Source of the DNA: Acidovorax sp. YS12
GTDB taxonomy: Bacteria; Pseudomonadota; Gammaproteobacteria; Burkholderiales; Burkholderiaceae_C
DNA length: 64,000 nt
Direction: 5' to 3'
NCBI GenBank assembly: GCA_021496925.1
Contig: CP053915.1
Location: forward strand, 2,537,260 to 2,601,259
The position numbers were made by a program, and so were the translations under genes. The notes below the pieces were generated by a model. The model did not search any database, had not been told where the DNA came from, and saw nothing but the letters and a program-made list of their open reading frames with translations. Numbering within the stretch: the first letter of the stretch is position 1; every line of letters starts with the position of its first letter. Shown here one piece after another: positions 27,800 to 36,407 of this stretch.

Positions 27800-28717
27800 T
27801 CAGACGGGCAGGAAGCCCTCGACCGAAAGGTAGCGCTCGCCCGTGTCGTAGGCAAAACCCAGCACCTTGGCGCCAGCAGGCAGTTCGGGCAGCTTCTGGG
27901 CAATAGCGGCCAGCGTGGCGCCCGAGGAAATGCCCACCAGCAGCCCTTCTTCGCGTGCCGCGCGGCGCGCGTATTCGCGCGCGGGCTCGGCATCGACCTG
28001 GATCACGCCGTCAAGCAGGCTGGTGTCCAGGTTCTTGGGCACGAAGCCCGCGCCAATGCCCTGGATCGGGTGCGGCGCAGGCTGCCCGCCCGAGATCACG
28101 GGCGAGGCCGACGGCTCGACGGCGAACACCTTGAGCTGCGGAAACTTCGCCTTCAGCACCTTGGCCACGCCGCTCAGGTGGCCGCCCGTGCCCACGCCGG
28201 TAATGACGGCATCCAGGCCTTCGGGAAAGTCCGCCAGGATTTCCTGCGCCGTGGTGCGCTCGTGCACCGCGACGTTGGCCGGGTTCTCGAACTGCTGCGG
28301 AATCCAGGCGCCAGGCGTCTGCGCGGCCAGTTCCTCGGCGCGGGCGATGGCCCCCTTCATGCCCTTCTCCTTGGGCGTCAGGTCGAACGTGGCACCGTAG
28401 GCCAGCATCAGGCGGCGGCGCTCGATGCTCATGCTCTCGGGCATCACCAGGATGAGCTTGTAGCCCTTGACGGCGGCCACGAGGGCCAGGCCCACGCCGG
28501 TGTTGCCACTGGTCGGCTCAATGATGGTGCCGCCCGGCTGGAGCGCACCGGACTTCTCGGCGTCCTCCACCATCGACAGCGCGATGCGGTCCTTGATCGA
28601 GCCGCCGGGGTTGCTGCGCTCGGATTTGATCCACACGTTGGCGCCTGCGCCGAACAGGCGGTTGATGCGGACATGCGGCGTGTTGCCGATGGTTTGCAGG
28701 ATGTTGTCGGCTTTCAT
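27800..28717 (-). CDS. cysK: Cysteine synthase A (O-acetylserine sulfhydrylase)
   Basis: PLP lysine motif 'SIKDRIA', '[10 protein letters not shown]'; 305 aa. Confidence 0.9.
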   Translation of the reverse strand: MKADNILQTIGNTPHVRINRLFGAGANVWIKSERSNPGGSIKDRIALSMVEDAEKSGALQPGGTIIEPTSGNTGVGLALVAAVKGYKLILVMPESMSIERRRLMLAYGATFDLTPKEKGMKGAIARAEELAAQTPGAWIPQQFENPANVAVHERTTAQEILADFPEGLDAVITGVGTGGHLSGVAKVLKAKFPQLKVFAVEPSASPVISGGQPAPHPIQGIGAGFVPKNLDTSLLDGVIQVDAEPAREYARRAAREEGLLVGISSGATLAAIAQKLPELPAGAKVLGFAYDTGERYLSVEGFLPV

Positions 28718-28782
28718 GGCGGCTCCTTACAAAAGAGGGTTCAACGTGGGTGCATTCTGACCCACTTGTTCTGCGCACTTGG

Positions 28783-29895
28783 CTATTTGGATATACCGCC
28801 GGGCGGCTGAAGCGCGGGCGGTGTGCAAGGGCGCACCAGCACCTGCATGGCACGCTCCACGGGCGATATCTCCACGCGCACCGGCAGGCACCGTGCAATG
28901 GTCTGCGCATTCGTCTCCGCATGGGGCGTGACCGCGCTGCAGGTGTAGCGCGCGGCCTGCCCGCTGCGCCACACCGCCAGGGCCAGCGGCAGCATCCACT
29001 GGTCGGCCAGGTGCGGGCCCAGGGCCCCCTGGCTGCGCCAGTAGGCGCGCACGTCGTCGCAGAGGCGGCGCGCCACCTGCTCGGACGACAGGCTGCGCTC
29101 GCCCAGCTGGCAGAACACCTCGGTCACGTGGGCGTGCGCCAGGATGGCCAGCAGGGCATTGCCCGGGCCTTCGTTCTGCCGCGCCACGGGCTGGCGCAGC
29201 TGGCCGGCCTCGAACGTCCAGCCCATGCGCTGGCCCAGCGCCTGCAGCTCGCGCGCGGCCACGCCTTTGGCGATACCCGGCGCCAGCACCTCGCCCCAGG
29301 CGCTCGCCAGCGGGCCGCGCTCCAGCAGGTCGAACGGCGCCAGCGGCTGCGCTGCAGGCGTGATGCGCGCCACCACCTCCCCGCCCCCGGCGGGAAAGAA
29401 GCCGCGGCGCTGCAACTGCAGGTCCAGCCCCGCGCCCAGGCGCCGCACCAGCGGTGCGAAGGCACGGTCGAGAAAGTCGAACGGCGGTGCCATGGGGTTG
29501 TGGGTGCCGCCGGCCAACTGCACTTCGCTCGCGCCATCGGCCAGCAGCAGCGCCGGCAGCACGGTCTGCAGCACCAGCATGCAGCTGCCGGCCGTGGCGA
29601 CCTGGAAGCGGTAGCGGCCCGCCCGCACCAAGCCCGGCGTGAACTGCAGCGCCTGCGCGCCCAGCGCCGCGCCTTCGGCCCGGCCATGGCACACCGCCTC
29701 GGCGGCCTGCACGCAGGCCAGATGCTGGCGCATCAGCCCCGGCTTGGGCCGCCCGGCACGAATGCGCGTGATGTGCAGCGGCTGCCCGGTGGCCAGCGAA
29801 AGGGCCAGGCCCGTGCGCAGGATCTGGCCGCCGCCTTCACCGGCGGCGCCATCAAGGGTGATGGGCGGCTGTTCTCCTGGTTCTTTGTTATGCAT
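28783..29895 (-). CDS. rtcA: RNA 3'-terminal phosphate cyclase RtcA
   Basis: Colinear with E. coli RtcA ('LDGAAGEGGGQILRTGLALS', catalytic His-containing 'RQHLACV', 'ATAGSCMLVLQTVLPAL'). Confidence 0.9.
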   Translation of the reverse strand: MHNKEPGEQPPITLDGAAGEGGGQILRTGLALSLATGQPLHITRIRAGRPKPGLMRQHLACVQAAEAVCHGRAEGAALGAQALQFTPGLVRAGRYRFQVATAGSCMLVLQTVLPALLLADGASEVQLAGGTHNPMAPPFDFLDRAFAPLVRRLGAGLDLQLQRRGFFPAGGGEVVARITPAAQPLAPFDLLERGPLASAWGEVLAPGIAKGVAARELQALGQRMGWTFEAGQLRQPVARQNEGPGNALLAILAHAHVTEVFCQLGERSLSSEQVARRLCDDVRAYWRSQGALGPHLADQWMLPLALAVWRSGQAARYTCSAVTPHAETNAQTIARCLPVRVEISPVERAMQVLVRPCTPPALQPPGGISK

Positions 29896-29896
29896 A

Positions 29897-29947
29897 AAAA
29901 GTGCCTCCAGCGCTTGTCCATGAAGCGCTGACAGCTATCAAAATGGT
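29897..29947. repeat. REP-like palindromic element inside the rtcB-rtcA intergenic spacer
   Basis: CCAGCGCTTG-TCCATG-AAGCGCTG-ACAGCTATCAAAA; family member. Confidence 0.55.
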
Positions 29948-29967
29948 AGTTATCCAGGCACGGGGCA

Positions 29968-31188
29968 TCACCCCTTCACGCACACCACCTGCTTGAGCGT
30001 GTAGACCACTTCCACCAGGTCCTGCTGCGCGGCCATGACGGCGTCGATGTCCTTGTAGGCCATCGGAATCTCGTCGATCACGTCGGCATCCTTGCGGCAT
30101 TCCACGCCCTCGGTGGCGGCGATCTGGTCGGCCACGGTGAACAGCTTCTTGGCCTTGGTGCGGCTCATGGCGCGGCCCGCGCCGTGGCTGCAGCTGTTGA
30201 AGCTCTCGGGGTGGCCCTTGCCGCGCACGATGAAGCTCTTGGCACCCATGCTGCCGGGAATGATGCCCAGCTGGCCCTGCGCGGCGCTCACCGCGCCCTT
30301 GCGGGTCACGAACACCTCCTGCCCGAAATGCGTCTCGCGCTGCACGTAGTTGTGGTGGCAGTTCACCGCTTCCACGTGTGTCTCGAACGGCTTGGCGACA
30401 CACAAGCGCAGAGCGTTGATGACGCGCGTCATCATCACCTCGCGGTTGGCGGCGGCGAACTTCTGCGCCCAGCCCACGGCCTTGACGTAGTCGCCGAAGT
30501 AGCGCGCGCCTTCCTCGAAGTAGGCCAGGTCCTTGTCGGGCAGGTTGCGCTGGTGCAATTCCGCGTCCTTCTTCGCCAGTTCGATGAAGTGCGTGCCGAT
30601 GGCGTTGCCCACGCCGCGCGAGCCGGAGTGCAGCATGATCCACACGGCCTGGTGCTCATCCAGGCACACCTCGATGAAGTGGTTGCCGGTGCCCAGCGTG
30701 CCCAGGTGCTTGTAGTTGTTGGTGTTCTTGATGCGCGGATGCGCTTCGCAGATTTCCTCGAACTCCTGCACCAGCGCGGCCCAGGCGTGGTCGGTTTCGG
30801 CGGGCGGGGTTTCCCAGCTTCCCTTGTCGCGGCCATAGCGCTTGGGCGTCAGGCCCACGGGCACGGCGCGCTCGATGACGGCGCGCACGCCCGAGAGGTT
30901 GTCGGGCAGGTCGCTGGCGGTGAGCGTGGTCTTGCAGGCCATCATTCCGCAGCCCAGATCCACGCCGACCGCCGCCGGGATGATGGCCTTCAGCGTGGGC
31001 ACGACGGAGCCGATGGTGGCGCCGATGCCCAGGTGTACGTCGGGCATCACCGCCACGTGCTTGAAAACGATGGGCAGGCGGGCGATGTTGTGCAGTTGCT
31101 TGCGTGCGTCTTCCTCCACGGGCACGCCGTGGGTCCACATCTTGACGGGGACGCCGCTGGGGACTTCGTATTGCTGGTAGTTGGTCAT
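29968..31188 (-). CDS. rtcB: RNA-splicing ligase RtcB
   Basis: 407 aa from internal ATG (MTNYQQYEV...) with RBS; >50% identical-looking to E. coli RtcB across the full length ('HNYV', 'CSHGAGR', 'VKG' C-terminus). Confidence 0.92.
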   Translation of the reverse strand: MTNYQQYEVPSGVPVKMWTHGVPVEEDARKQLHNIARLPIVFKHVAVMPDVHLGIGATIGSVVPTLKAIIPAAVGVDLGCGMMACKTTLTASDLPDNLSGVRAVIERAVPVGLTPKRYGRDKGSWETPPAETDHAWAALVQEFEEICEAHPRIKNTNNYKHLGTLGTGNHFIEVCLDEHQAVWIMLHSGSRGVGNAIGTHFIELAKKDAELHQRNLPDKDLAYFEEGARYFGDYVKAVGWAQKFAAANREVMMTRVINALRLCVAKPFETHVEAVNCHHNYVQRETHFGQEVFVTRKGAVSAAQGQLGIIPGSMGAKSFIVRGKGHPESFNSCSHGAGRAMSRTKAKKLFTVADQIAATEGVECRKDADVIDEIPMAYKDIDAVMAAQQDLVEVVYTLKQVVCVKG

Positions 31189-31211
31189 TTTTGTTTCCTG
31201 TCTCTCGTTGC

Positions 31212-31409
31212 TCATGCAGCCGCCATGACATCGAAGGCGGCGGCGATGCGGTCGGTCAGCGGGTGGTATGTTTTGCCGCATTTGCGGCAGGCGGGGCGCC
31301 AATCGCAGGGGATTCCTTTATCGATCAGCTTCAACAGCTTGTCCGCCCATGCGGCTTTGGCTTGCGGATCGGTCACCGCAGCGTTCAATGGCGTGTCTTT
31401 CTTTTTCAT
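31212..31409 (-). CDS. Small (65 aa) Cys-rich, putative zinc-ribbon protein co-oriented 23 nt upstream of rtcB
   Basis: 'CDWRPACRKCGKTYH' (C-x5-C-x2-C-x4-H). Lys-rich N-terminus. Tight spacing between the SPFH gene and rtcB. Confidence 0.4.
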   Translation of the reverse strand: MKKKDTPLNAAVTDPQAKAAWADKLLKLIDKGIPCDWRPACRKCGKTYHPLTDRIAAAFDVMAAA

Positions 31410-31427
31410 TGTTGTTTCCTCTTTCTT

Positions 31428-32573
31428 TCAACGCATCTTCACGAGGCCGTTCAGCACCTGGTCCAGCCCGCCAAAGACGGAGATCTTGTCGATGCGCTCG
31501 GCCACGCGCTCCAGCGTTTCCAGTTCCTTCATGCGCAGGGCGACGGGGTTGTCCTCCATCACCTTGGCGGTGTTGAGCAGCGAGCGCGTGGCGGCGGTTT
31601 CCTCGCGGCGGCGGATCACGTTGGCCTGGGCCTGCTTCTCGGCCTGCACCACCTGGGCCAGGATGGCCTTCATGTCCCCGGGCAGCACGATGTCCTTCAC
31701 GCCCACGCTTTCCAGTTGCAGGCCGTAGGGCTGCAGCTTGGCGGCCATGTGCGCGGTCACGACGTCGTCGATCACCGTCTTGTTCTCCAGCAGCTCGTCC
31801 AGCGTGCGCGTACCCACGGCCGCGCGCAGCGCAAATTGCAGTTCGCGGTACAGGTGCTCCACGGGCTTTTGCAACTGACCGAAGGCGCGCAGCACGTCGG
31901 TGTAGCGCCAGGTGGCGCTCAGGTTCAGGCGCAGGGCCACCTTGTCGCGGGTCATGATGTCCTGGCCCGAGACTTCGACGGCCTGCAGGCGCAGGTCCAC
32001 CAGCTCCACGGCGATGACACGGCCGTATTTCCAGAAGGCATAGCTGCCAGCGGCCAGCAGGCGGTCCACCTTGCCGTCGATGGCGAGCAGCGCGCACTGG
32101 CCGTCGGGCACCTGCACTTGCAGCACGCCGTTCAGGCCCGCCACGGGGCGCTGGCGCAGTTGGGTTTGCGCCAGGCGCGCGGTCAGGCCGGCGGGCAGCT
32201 CGGCACTGGCGCGCAGGTCGATGACCTGCACGGCCACATCGACCAGACCCTTCCAATACAGGCGGCGGGTGCCGGGCGGCAGGATTTCGACCAGCACGCC
32301 GTTCTCGCTGCGCAGGCCCGCTTCGTGTTCGGCCAGGTTCACGGCGATGAACTCGGCGGCCACCACGGCAGGCTCGCGCGCCATCAGGTATTCGGCCAGG
32401 CCGTGGGTGAAGGCGGGCTGCTCCAGCGCGAAGGTCTCCACGCGCAATTTGTCGAGGCCCGCGAACAGCCAGTGCGTGCCGCTGTGCAGAACCCGGTCGA
32501 AATCGCCGTTGCGAAGCAGCAAGGCGCGTTCGTTCTTCTTGACGGTGATGCGTTGGAGGGTGTTGTTCAGCAT
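31428..32573 (-). CDS. SPFH/band-7 (stomatin/flotillin-like) family protein, apparently soluble
   Basis: C-terminal half is classic SPFH ('QDIMTRDKVALRLN...VGVKDIVLPGDMKAILAQVVQAEKQAQANVIRRREE'). N-terminus is also SPFH-like. No obvious TM segment. Confidence 0.75.
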   Translation of the reverse strand: MLNNTLQRITVKKNERALLLRNGDFDRVLHSGTHWLFAGLDKLRVETFALEQPAFTHGLAEYLMAREPAVVAAEFIAVNLAEHEAGLRSENGVLVEILPPGTRRLYWKGLVDVAVQVIDLRASAELPAGLTARLAQTQLRQRPVAGLNGVLQVQVPDGQCALLAIDGKVDRLLAAGSYAFWKYGRVIAVELVDLRLQAVEVSGQDIMTRDKVALRLNLSATWRYTDVLRAFGQLQKPVEHLYRELQFALRAAVGTRTLDELLENKTVIDDVVTAHMAAKLQPYGLQLESVGVKDIVLPGDMKAILAQVVQAEKQAQANVIRRREETAATRSLLNTAKVMEDNPVALRMKELETLERVAERIDKISVFGGLDQVLNGLVKMR

Positions 32574-32803
32574 TTTTCTCTTCCTTCTTCTCTGTCGTCA
32601 CAGGGTGCCGTTACAGCGGCGGCGGGGAGCCAGGGGACGCGGCCTCGGGCCGTGCAGTGCGCCGGGGTGTGGCTGGCTGCGGGCGCGGGCTGCGCCGGGT
32701 GCTGGCGCAAACCGCCGCCGGCTGACGGGGTGCAGGCTTGGGCTTGCGCCTTGGCCCGTGCCCCGCGTTCGGCGGTTCTTTCAACAACCGGCCTTGCGGC
32801 CGG

Positions 32804-32877
32804 ATCAATGGACGGGATTCGAACCCGCGACAGATCTCTTATGAGGAGATTGCTCTACCAAACTGAGCTACCAGTGG
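32804..32877 (-). tRNA. tRNA-Met(CAT)-like element with two acceptor-stem mismatches (pseudo-tRNA or tRNA-mimic ncRNA)
   Basis: Minus strand reads CCACTGG-TA-GCTC-AGTTTGGTA-GAGC-A-ATCTC-CTCATAA-GAGAT-CTGTC-GCGGG-TTCGAAT-CCCGT-CCATTGA-T. D, anticodon and T arms are perfect; 1-72 and 4-69 are unpaired; no encoded CCA. A GC hairpin (CCGGCCGCAAGGCCGG) follows. Confidence 0.5.
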
Positions 32878-32935
32878 CGGCACGCCTGGAGTCGAACCAG
32901 ACACGCCCTTGCGGGTTGGTCACCACGACCGTGCC
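32875..32935 (-). ncRNA. tRNA-like minihelix (acceptor stem plus T-arm plus CCA, no D/anticodon arms), fused head-to-tail to the tRNA-Met-like element
   Basis: GGCACGG...TCTGG-TTCGACT-CCAGG-CGTGCC-G-CCA. The encoded CCA overlaps the 5' end of the downstream tRNA-like element. Confidence 0.35.
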
Positions 32936-33074
32936 AGTACCCGGCGCTTGCGGCGTGCGGCATGCAGGGAATCGACAAGGCGCGAAGGCCCCGGACTCCC
33001 GGCACCGGCAGGGCGGACATGCGTCCAAACCCTGGCCTGTGAGCGTTCGGCGCTTGCGTCGGGTACCTTGTCTA

Positions 33075-33091
33075 TTGCCAGATGCGTGCCA
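33075..33091 (-). promoter_or_regulatory. Candidate sigma-54 promoter (TGGCACG-N4-TGGCA) reading toward the tRNA-like leader, SPFH, rtcB and rtcA
   Basis: Minus strand TGGCACGCATCTGGCA; -24 GG and -12 GC are correctly spaced. RtcR is a sigma-54 activator. Confidence 0.45.
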
Positions 33092-33211
33092 GCCTGGGTG
33101 GAATTGCGCTAACCATTTGCCACCAAAGGGGAAAACCGGATTCATCGGTCATCGGTGCGATTGCTGATTGCCAGTATTGCTAGACTGTTGGCTAGTTATC
33201 TAGCTGAAAAC

Positions 33212-34834
33212 ATGCACAAGAAAAAAGTGGTCATCGGCTTCCTCGGCACGCAGCTCGACTCGGGCCGGGGCGCGGGCCGCTGGCAAAAGTGGCGGCCTAC
33301 CGTCTCGCTGGTGCAGCACCCGGACATGGTGATCGACCGGCTGGAACTGCTCTACACAACCCCGCACAAGGATCTGGCCGCGCTGGTGCGCGCCGACATC
33401 GCCACCACCTCGCCCGAGACTTCGGTCAACCTCGTGGAGATGCCCACCGCCGATCCGTGGGACTTCGGCGAGGTCTATGCGCGCCTGTTCGACTGGGCGC
33501 AGGCCTACCGCTTCGACCCGGAGCGCGAGGACTACTGGACGCACATCACCACCGGAACGCACGTGGCGCAGATCTGCCTGTTCCTGCTGGTCGAGTCGCG
33601 CCGCATTCCGGGGGTGCTGGTGCAAACCTCTCCCCCGAAGCGCCAGCGCAGCGGCGCGCCGGGCACCTACACGCTGATCGACCTGGACCTGTCGCGCTAC
33701 GACGTGATCGCCCAGCGCTTCGGCGCCGAGCAGCGCGACGCGGTGCAGTTCCTCAAGAGCGGCATCGCCACGCGCAACGCGCGCTTCAACGCGCTGATCG
33801 ACGAGGTGGAGCGCGTGGCAGTGCGCTCGCGCGCGCCCATCCTGTTCACCGGGCCCACGGGCGCGGGCAAATCGCACCTGGCGCGGCGCATGTACGCGTT
33901 GAAGAAGGCGCGCCACCAGGTGCAAGGCCCGTTCGTCGAAGTGAACTGCGCCACCTTGCGCGGCGATGGCGCGGCCTCCACCCTGTTCGGCCACAAGAAG
34001 GGCGCCTTCACCGGCGCGGCCGCAGACCGGCCGGGCCTGCTGCGCGCCGCGCACCAGGGCGTGCTGTTTCTCGACGAAATCGGCGAGCTGGGCCTGGACG
34101 AGCAGGCCATGCTGCTCAAGGCCGTGGAGGAAAAGCGCTTCTACCCCCTGGGCAGCGACCGGGAGGTGGAAAGCGACTTCCAGCTGGTGGCCGGCACCAA
34201 CCGCGACCTGCGGGCCGAGGTGGCGGCGGGGCGCTTCCGCGAAGACCTGTTCGCGCGCATCAACCTCTGGAGCTACGTGCTGCCCGGCCTGGCGCAGCGG
34301 CCCGAAGACATCGCCCCCAACGTGGACCACCTGCTGGCGCAGGCGGGCCATGCGCTGGGCCGCGGCGTGCGCTTTTCCAGCGAGGCACGGGCGGCGTACC
34401 TGCGCTACGCCCAGTCGCCCGAGGCGCCGTGGGCGGGCAACTTCCGCGACCTGTCGGCCAGCGTGACGCGCCTGGCCACGCTGGCGGACAACGGGCGCAT
34501 CGGCCTGCCCTTGGTGGACGCGGAGCTGCAGCGGCTGCGCTGGCAATGGGAGCGGCTCGGGAACGCGCCGGCAATGGACGCGCAGGCCGGCGGCGTCGAT
34601 CTGGCGGCCTTGCTGGGCGGCGAGGCACTGCAGTCCATCGACCTGTTCGACCAATTGCAGTTGCGCGCGGTGCTGCAGGTGTGCCAGCGCGCGCGCACCC
34701 TGTCGGAAGCGGGGCGGATGCTGTTCCAGGCCTCGCGCGGGCAGCGCAGCGTGGTCAACGATGCCGACCGGCTGCGCAAATACCTGGCACGGTTCGGGCT
34801 GACGTGGGACCGGGTGCGCGAAGCTCTGGGATAA
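33212..34834 (+). CDS. rtcR: Sigma-54-dependent transcriptional activator RtcR (N-terminal CARF domain, AAA+ domain, HTH)
   Basis: N-terminus 'KKVVIGFLGTQLD' resembles E. coli RtcR. Walker A 'GPTGAGKS'; sigma54-interaction motif present. Confidence 0.9.
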   Translation: MHKKKVVIGFLGTQLDSGRGAGRWQKWRPTVSLVQHPDMVIDRLELLYTTPHKDLAALVRADIATTSPETSVNLVEMPTADPWDFGEVYARLFDWAQAYRFDPEREDYWTHITTGTHVAQICLFLLVESRRIPGVLVQTSPPKRQRSGAPGTYTLIDLDLSRYDVIAQRFGAEQRDAVQFLKSGIATRNARFNALIDEVERVAVRSRAPILFTGPTGAGKSHLARRMYALKKARHQVQGPFVEVNCATLRGDGAASTLFGHKKGAFTGAAADRPGLLRAAHQGVLFLDEIGELGLDEQAMLLKAVEEKRFYPLGSDREVESDFQLVAGTNRDLRAEVAAGRFREDLFARINLWSYVLPGLAQRPEDIAPNVDHLLAQAGHALGRGVRFSSEARAAYLRYAQSPEAPWAGNFRDLSASVTRLATLADNGRIGLPLVDAELQRLRWQWERLGNAPAMDAQAGGVDLAALLGGEALQSIDLFDQLQLRAVLQVCQRARTLSEAGRMLFQASRGQRSVVNDADRLRKYLARFGLTWDRVREALG

Positions 34835-34842
34835 TCGCCCCC

Positions 34843-35182
34843 GTGAAGCACGCCAGACCGCCGCTGGTGCTAGTGCCGAAAGGCCGCACTGGAGGAATGT
34901 CCGGACTGCACAGGACAGCGTAGCAGCTAACGGCTGCCCACCGTGAGGTGAGGATCAGAGCAACAGAGACGAGTCCCGGGGGAGTGCCGCAAGGTAGACC
35001 ACTGGGGGTGAAACGGGCAATCTCTACGCGCAGCAACACCAAGTAGGCCAGCGTTGACGTGGTTCCGCGGAGCTGGCGGGTAGGTGGCACCGAGCCGTGG
35101 TGGCGACACCCGGCCCAGAGTAATGGCGGTCACGTGCGGGCAACCGCATGCACAGAATCCGGCTTATCGGCGCGCTTCACAC
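34843..35182 (+). ncRNA. rnpB: RNase P RNA (bacterial type A), 8 nt downstream of the rtcR stop
   Basis: P4 strands 'GGAGGAATGTCCGGAC' and 'CACAGAATCCGGCTTATCGG'. P1 pairing GTGAAGCACGCC / GGCGCGCTTCAC. 'GGTGAAACGGG' and 'GAGTAATGGCGGTCACG' are conserved modules. Confidence 0.85.
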
Positions 35183-35237
35183 TTTTCATTCAAAACGGCC
35201 TCCAGCCCTTACTGGGAAAGCGCCAGCAGCTCTTCTT

Positions 35238-36407
35238 TCAGGAGCAACCGGGCACCTGCCCGGCACGCAGCGCACGCGCGCGCCCGGCGGTGTCGGGGTG
35301 GCTGCTCAGCAGCGACCAGACGGGGTGCGCCTCGTCCTGCCCGGGCTCCGTGGCCTTGCCGGGCTGCGGGTCCTTGCCGCCCGAACGCGCGTCCTGCGCC
35401 ATGGCCAGCAGCAGGTCGCCCATGGGCGCGGTGGGCAGCGCGGCGCGGCGCATCAGCCCCAGCGCGAAGCAATCGGCCTCGCGCTCGTGCGCGCGGCTGT
35501 ACGACATGGCGGTGAGCAGCGCGCTGCCCGAGGCCAGCAGGCCCGAGACATCGCCCAGCGCCAGCTCCAGCCCCATCTGCAGCACGCCCTGCTGCACCAG
35601 CATGCGCGTGGTATGGCGGTAGGCCACGTGGCCGATCTCGTGCGCCAGCACGCCCGCCAGCGCCTCGTCGCCCAGCCCCTGGCGCGCGGCCACCTGCACG
35701 ATTTCGTCGGTCAGCACCACCGTGCCGCCTGGCAAGGCGAAGGCATTGGCGCCCATGCCGCGGCGGAACTGCAGCGACCACTGCGGCGCATAGCCGGGGT
35801 AGCGCTGCAGCGCGGGCACCGTGGCCATGGCCCGGGTCAGCCCCTGGAAGCGCGCGCGCAGGGCCTCCTGCCGCGCACGCGGCAGTTGGCTGGGCTTGAG
35901 CATGCCGTCGTCCATTTGCGCCAGGCCCTGGTCGGCCAGCGCCGTTTCCCAGCCCAGCGGCACCCAGCGCGCGAGCTGCGTCGCCAGCCAGGGCGTGCCG
36001 TAGCGGTAGAACAGCGCCAGGCCCAGCACGCCGGCCAGCAGCATGGCCAGGAAGATGCCCCAGCGCGTCTGCATGCGCTGCGCCAGGCGCGGCCGGTCGC
36101 CCGCGGCGGCCAGGGCGCTGTGCCATGCGGCCACAGCGTCGATCTCCAGGCTGCCATGGGCGTGCAGGTCGACCACCACGCGCTGCTGCGGGCGGCGGGC
36201 GCTCCAGGCCTCGGGCCAGCCCACCGCGCGCCAGGGCAGGTGCAGCGCCTCGCCCCCCGGGGCCGCGACCGGGTGCACGCTCAGCGACGGCCCGCCGGGC
36301 GCCGGGTGCAGCCCCACGAGCACGGCGCGCGCCTGGCTGCTGCGCCCGTCGAACCAGCGCGCGGGCACCAGCGCGGCGGGGGCCGGAGTGTCGCCGGGGG
36401 CGAGCAT
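35238..36407 (-). CDS. M48-family zinc metallopeptidase (HEIGH), one TM segment
   Basis: 'LAHEIGHVAYRH' plus downstream Glu ligand. Start ATG overlaps the upstream gene's stop (TGATG). Confidence 0.8.
   Translation of the reverse strand: MLAPGDTPAPAALVPARWFDGRSSQARAVLVGLHPAPGGPSLSVHPVAAPGGEALHLPWRAVGWPEAWSARRPQQRVVVDLHAHGSLEIDAVAAWHSALAAAGDRPRLAQRMQTRWGIFLAMLLAGVLGLALFYRYGTPWLATQLARWVPLGWETALADQGLAQMDDGMLKPSQLPRARQEALRARFQGLTRAMATVPALQRYPGYAPQWSLQFRRGMGANAFALPGGTVVLTDEIVQVAARQGLGDEALAGVLAHEIGHVAYRHTTRMLVQQGVLQMGLELALGDVSGLLASGSALLTAMSYSRAHEREADCFALGLMRRAALPTAPMGDLLLAMAQDARSGGKDPQPGKATEPGQDEAHPVWSLLSSHPDTAGRARALRAGQVPGCS

Noticed and set aside
32804-32877. Calling the tRNA-Met-like element a functional tRNA gene
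   Set aside because: There are two acceptor-stem mismatches (1-72 C/A, 4-69 C/T), and its 5' end is fused to the CCA of an upstream minihelix with no spacer. It was annotated as tRNA-like or pseudo-tRNA rather than a standard tRNA.
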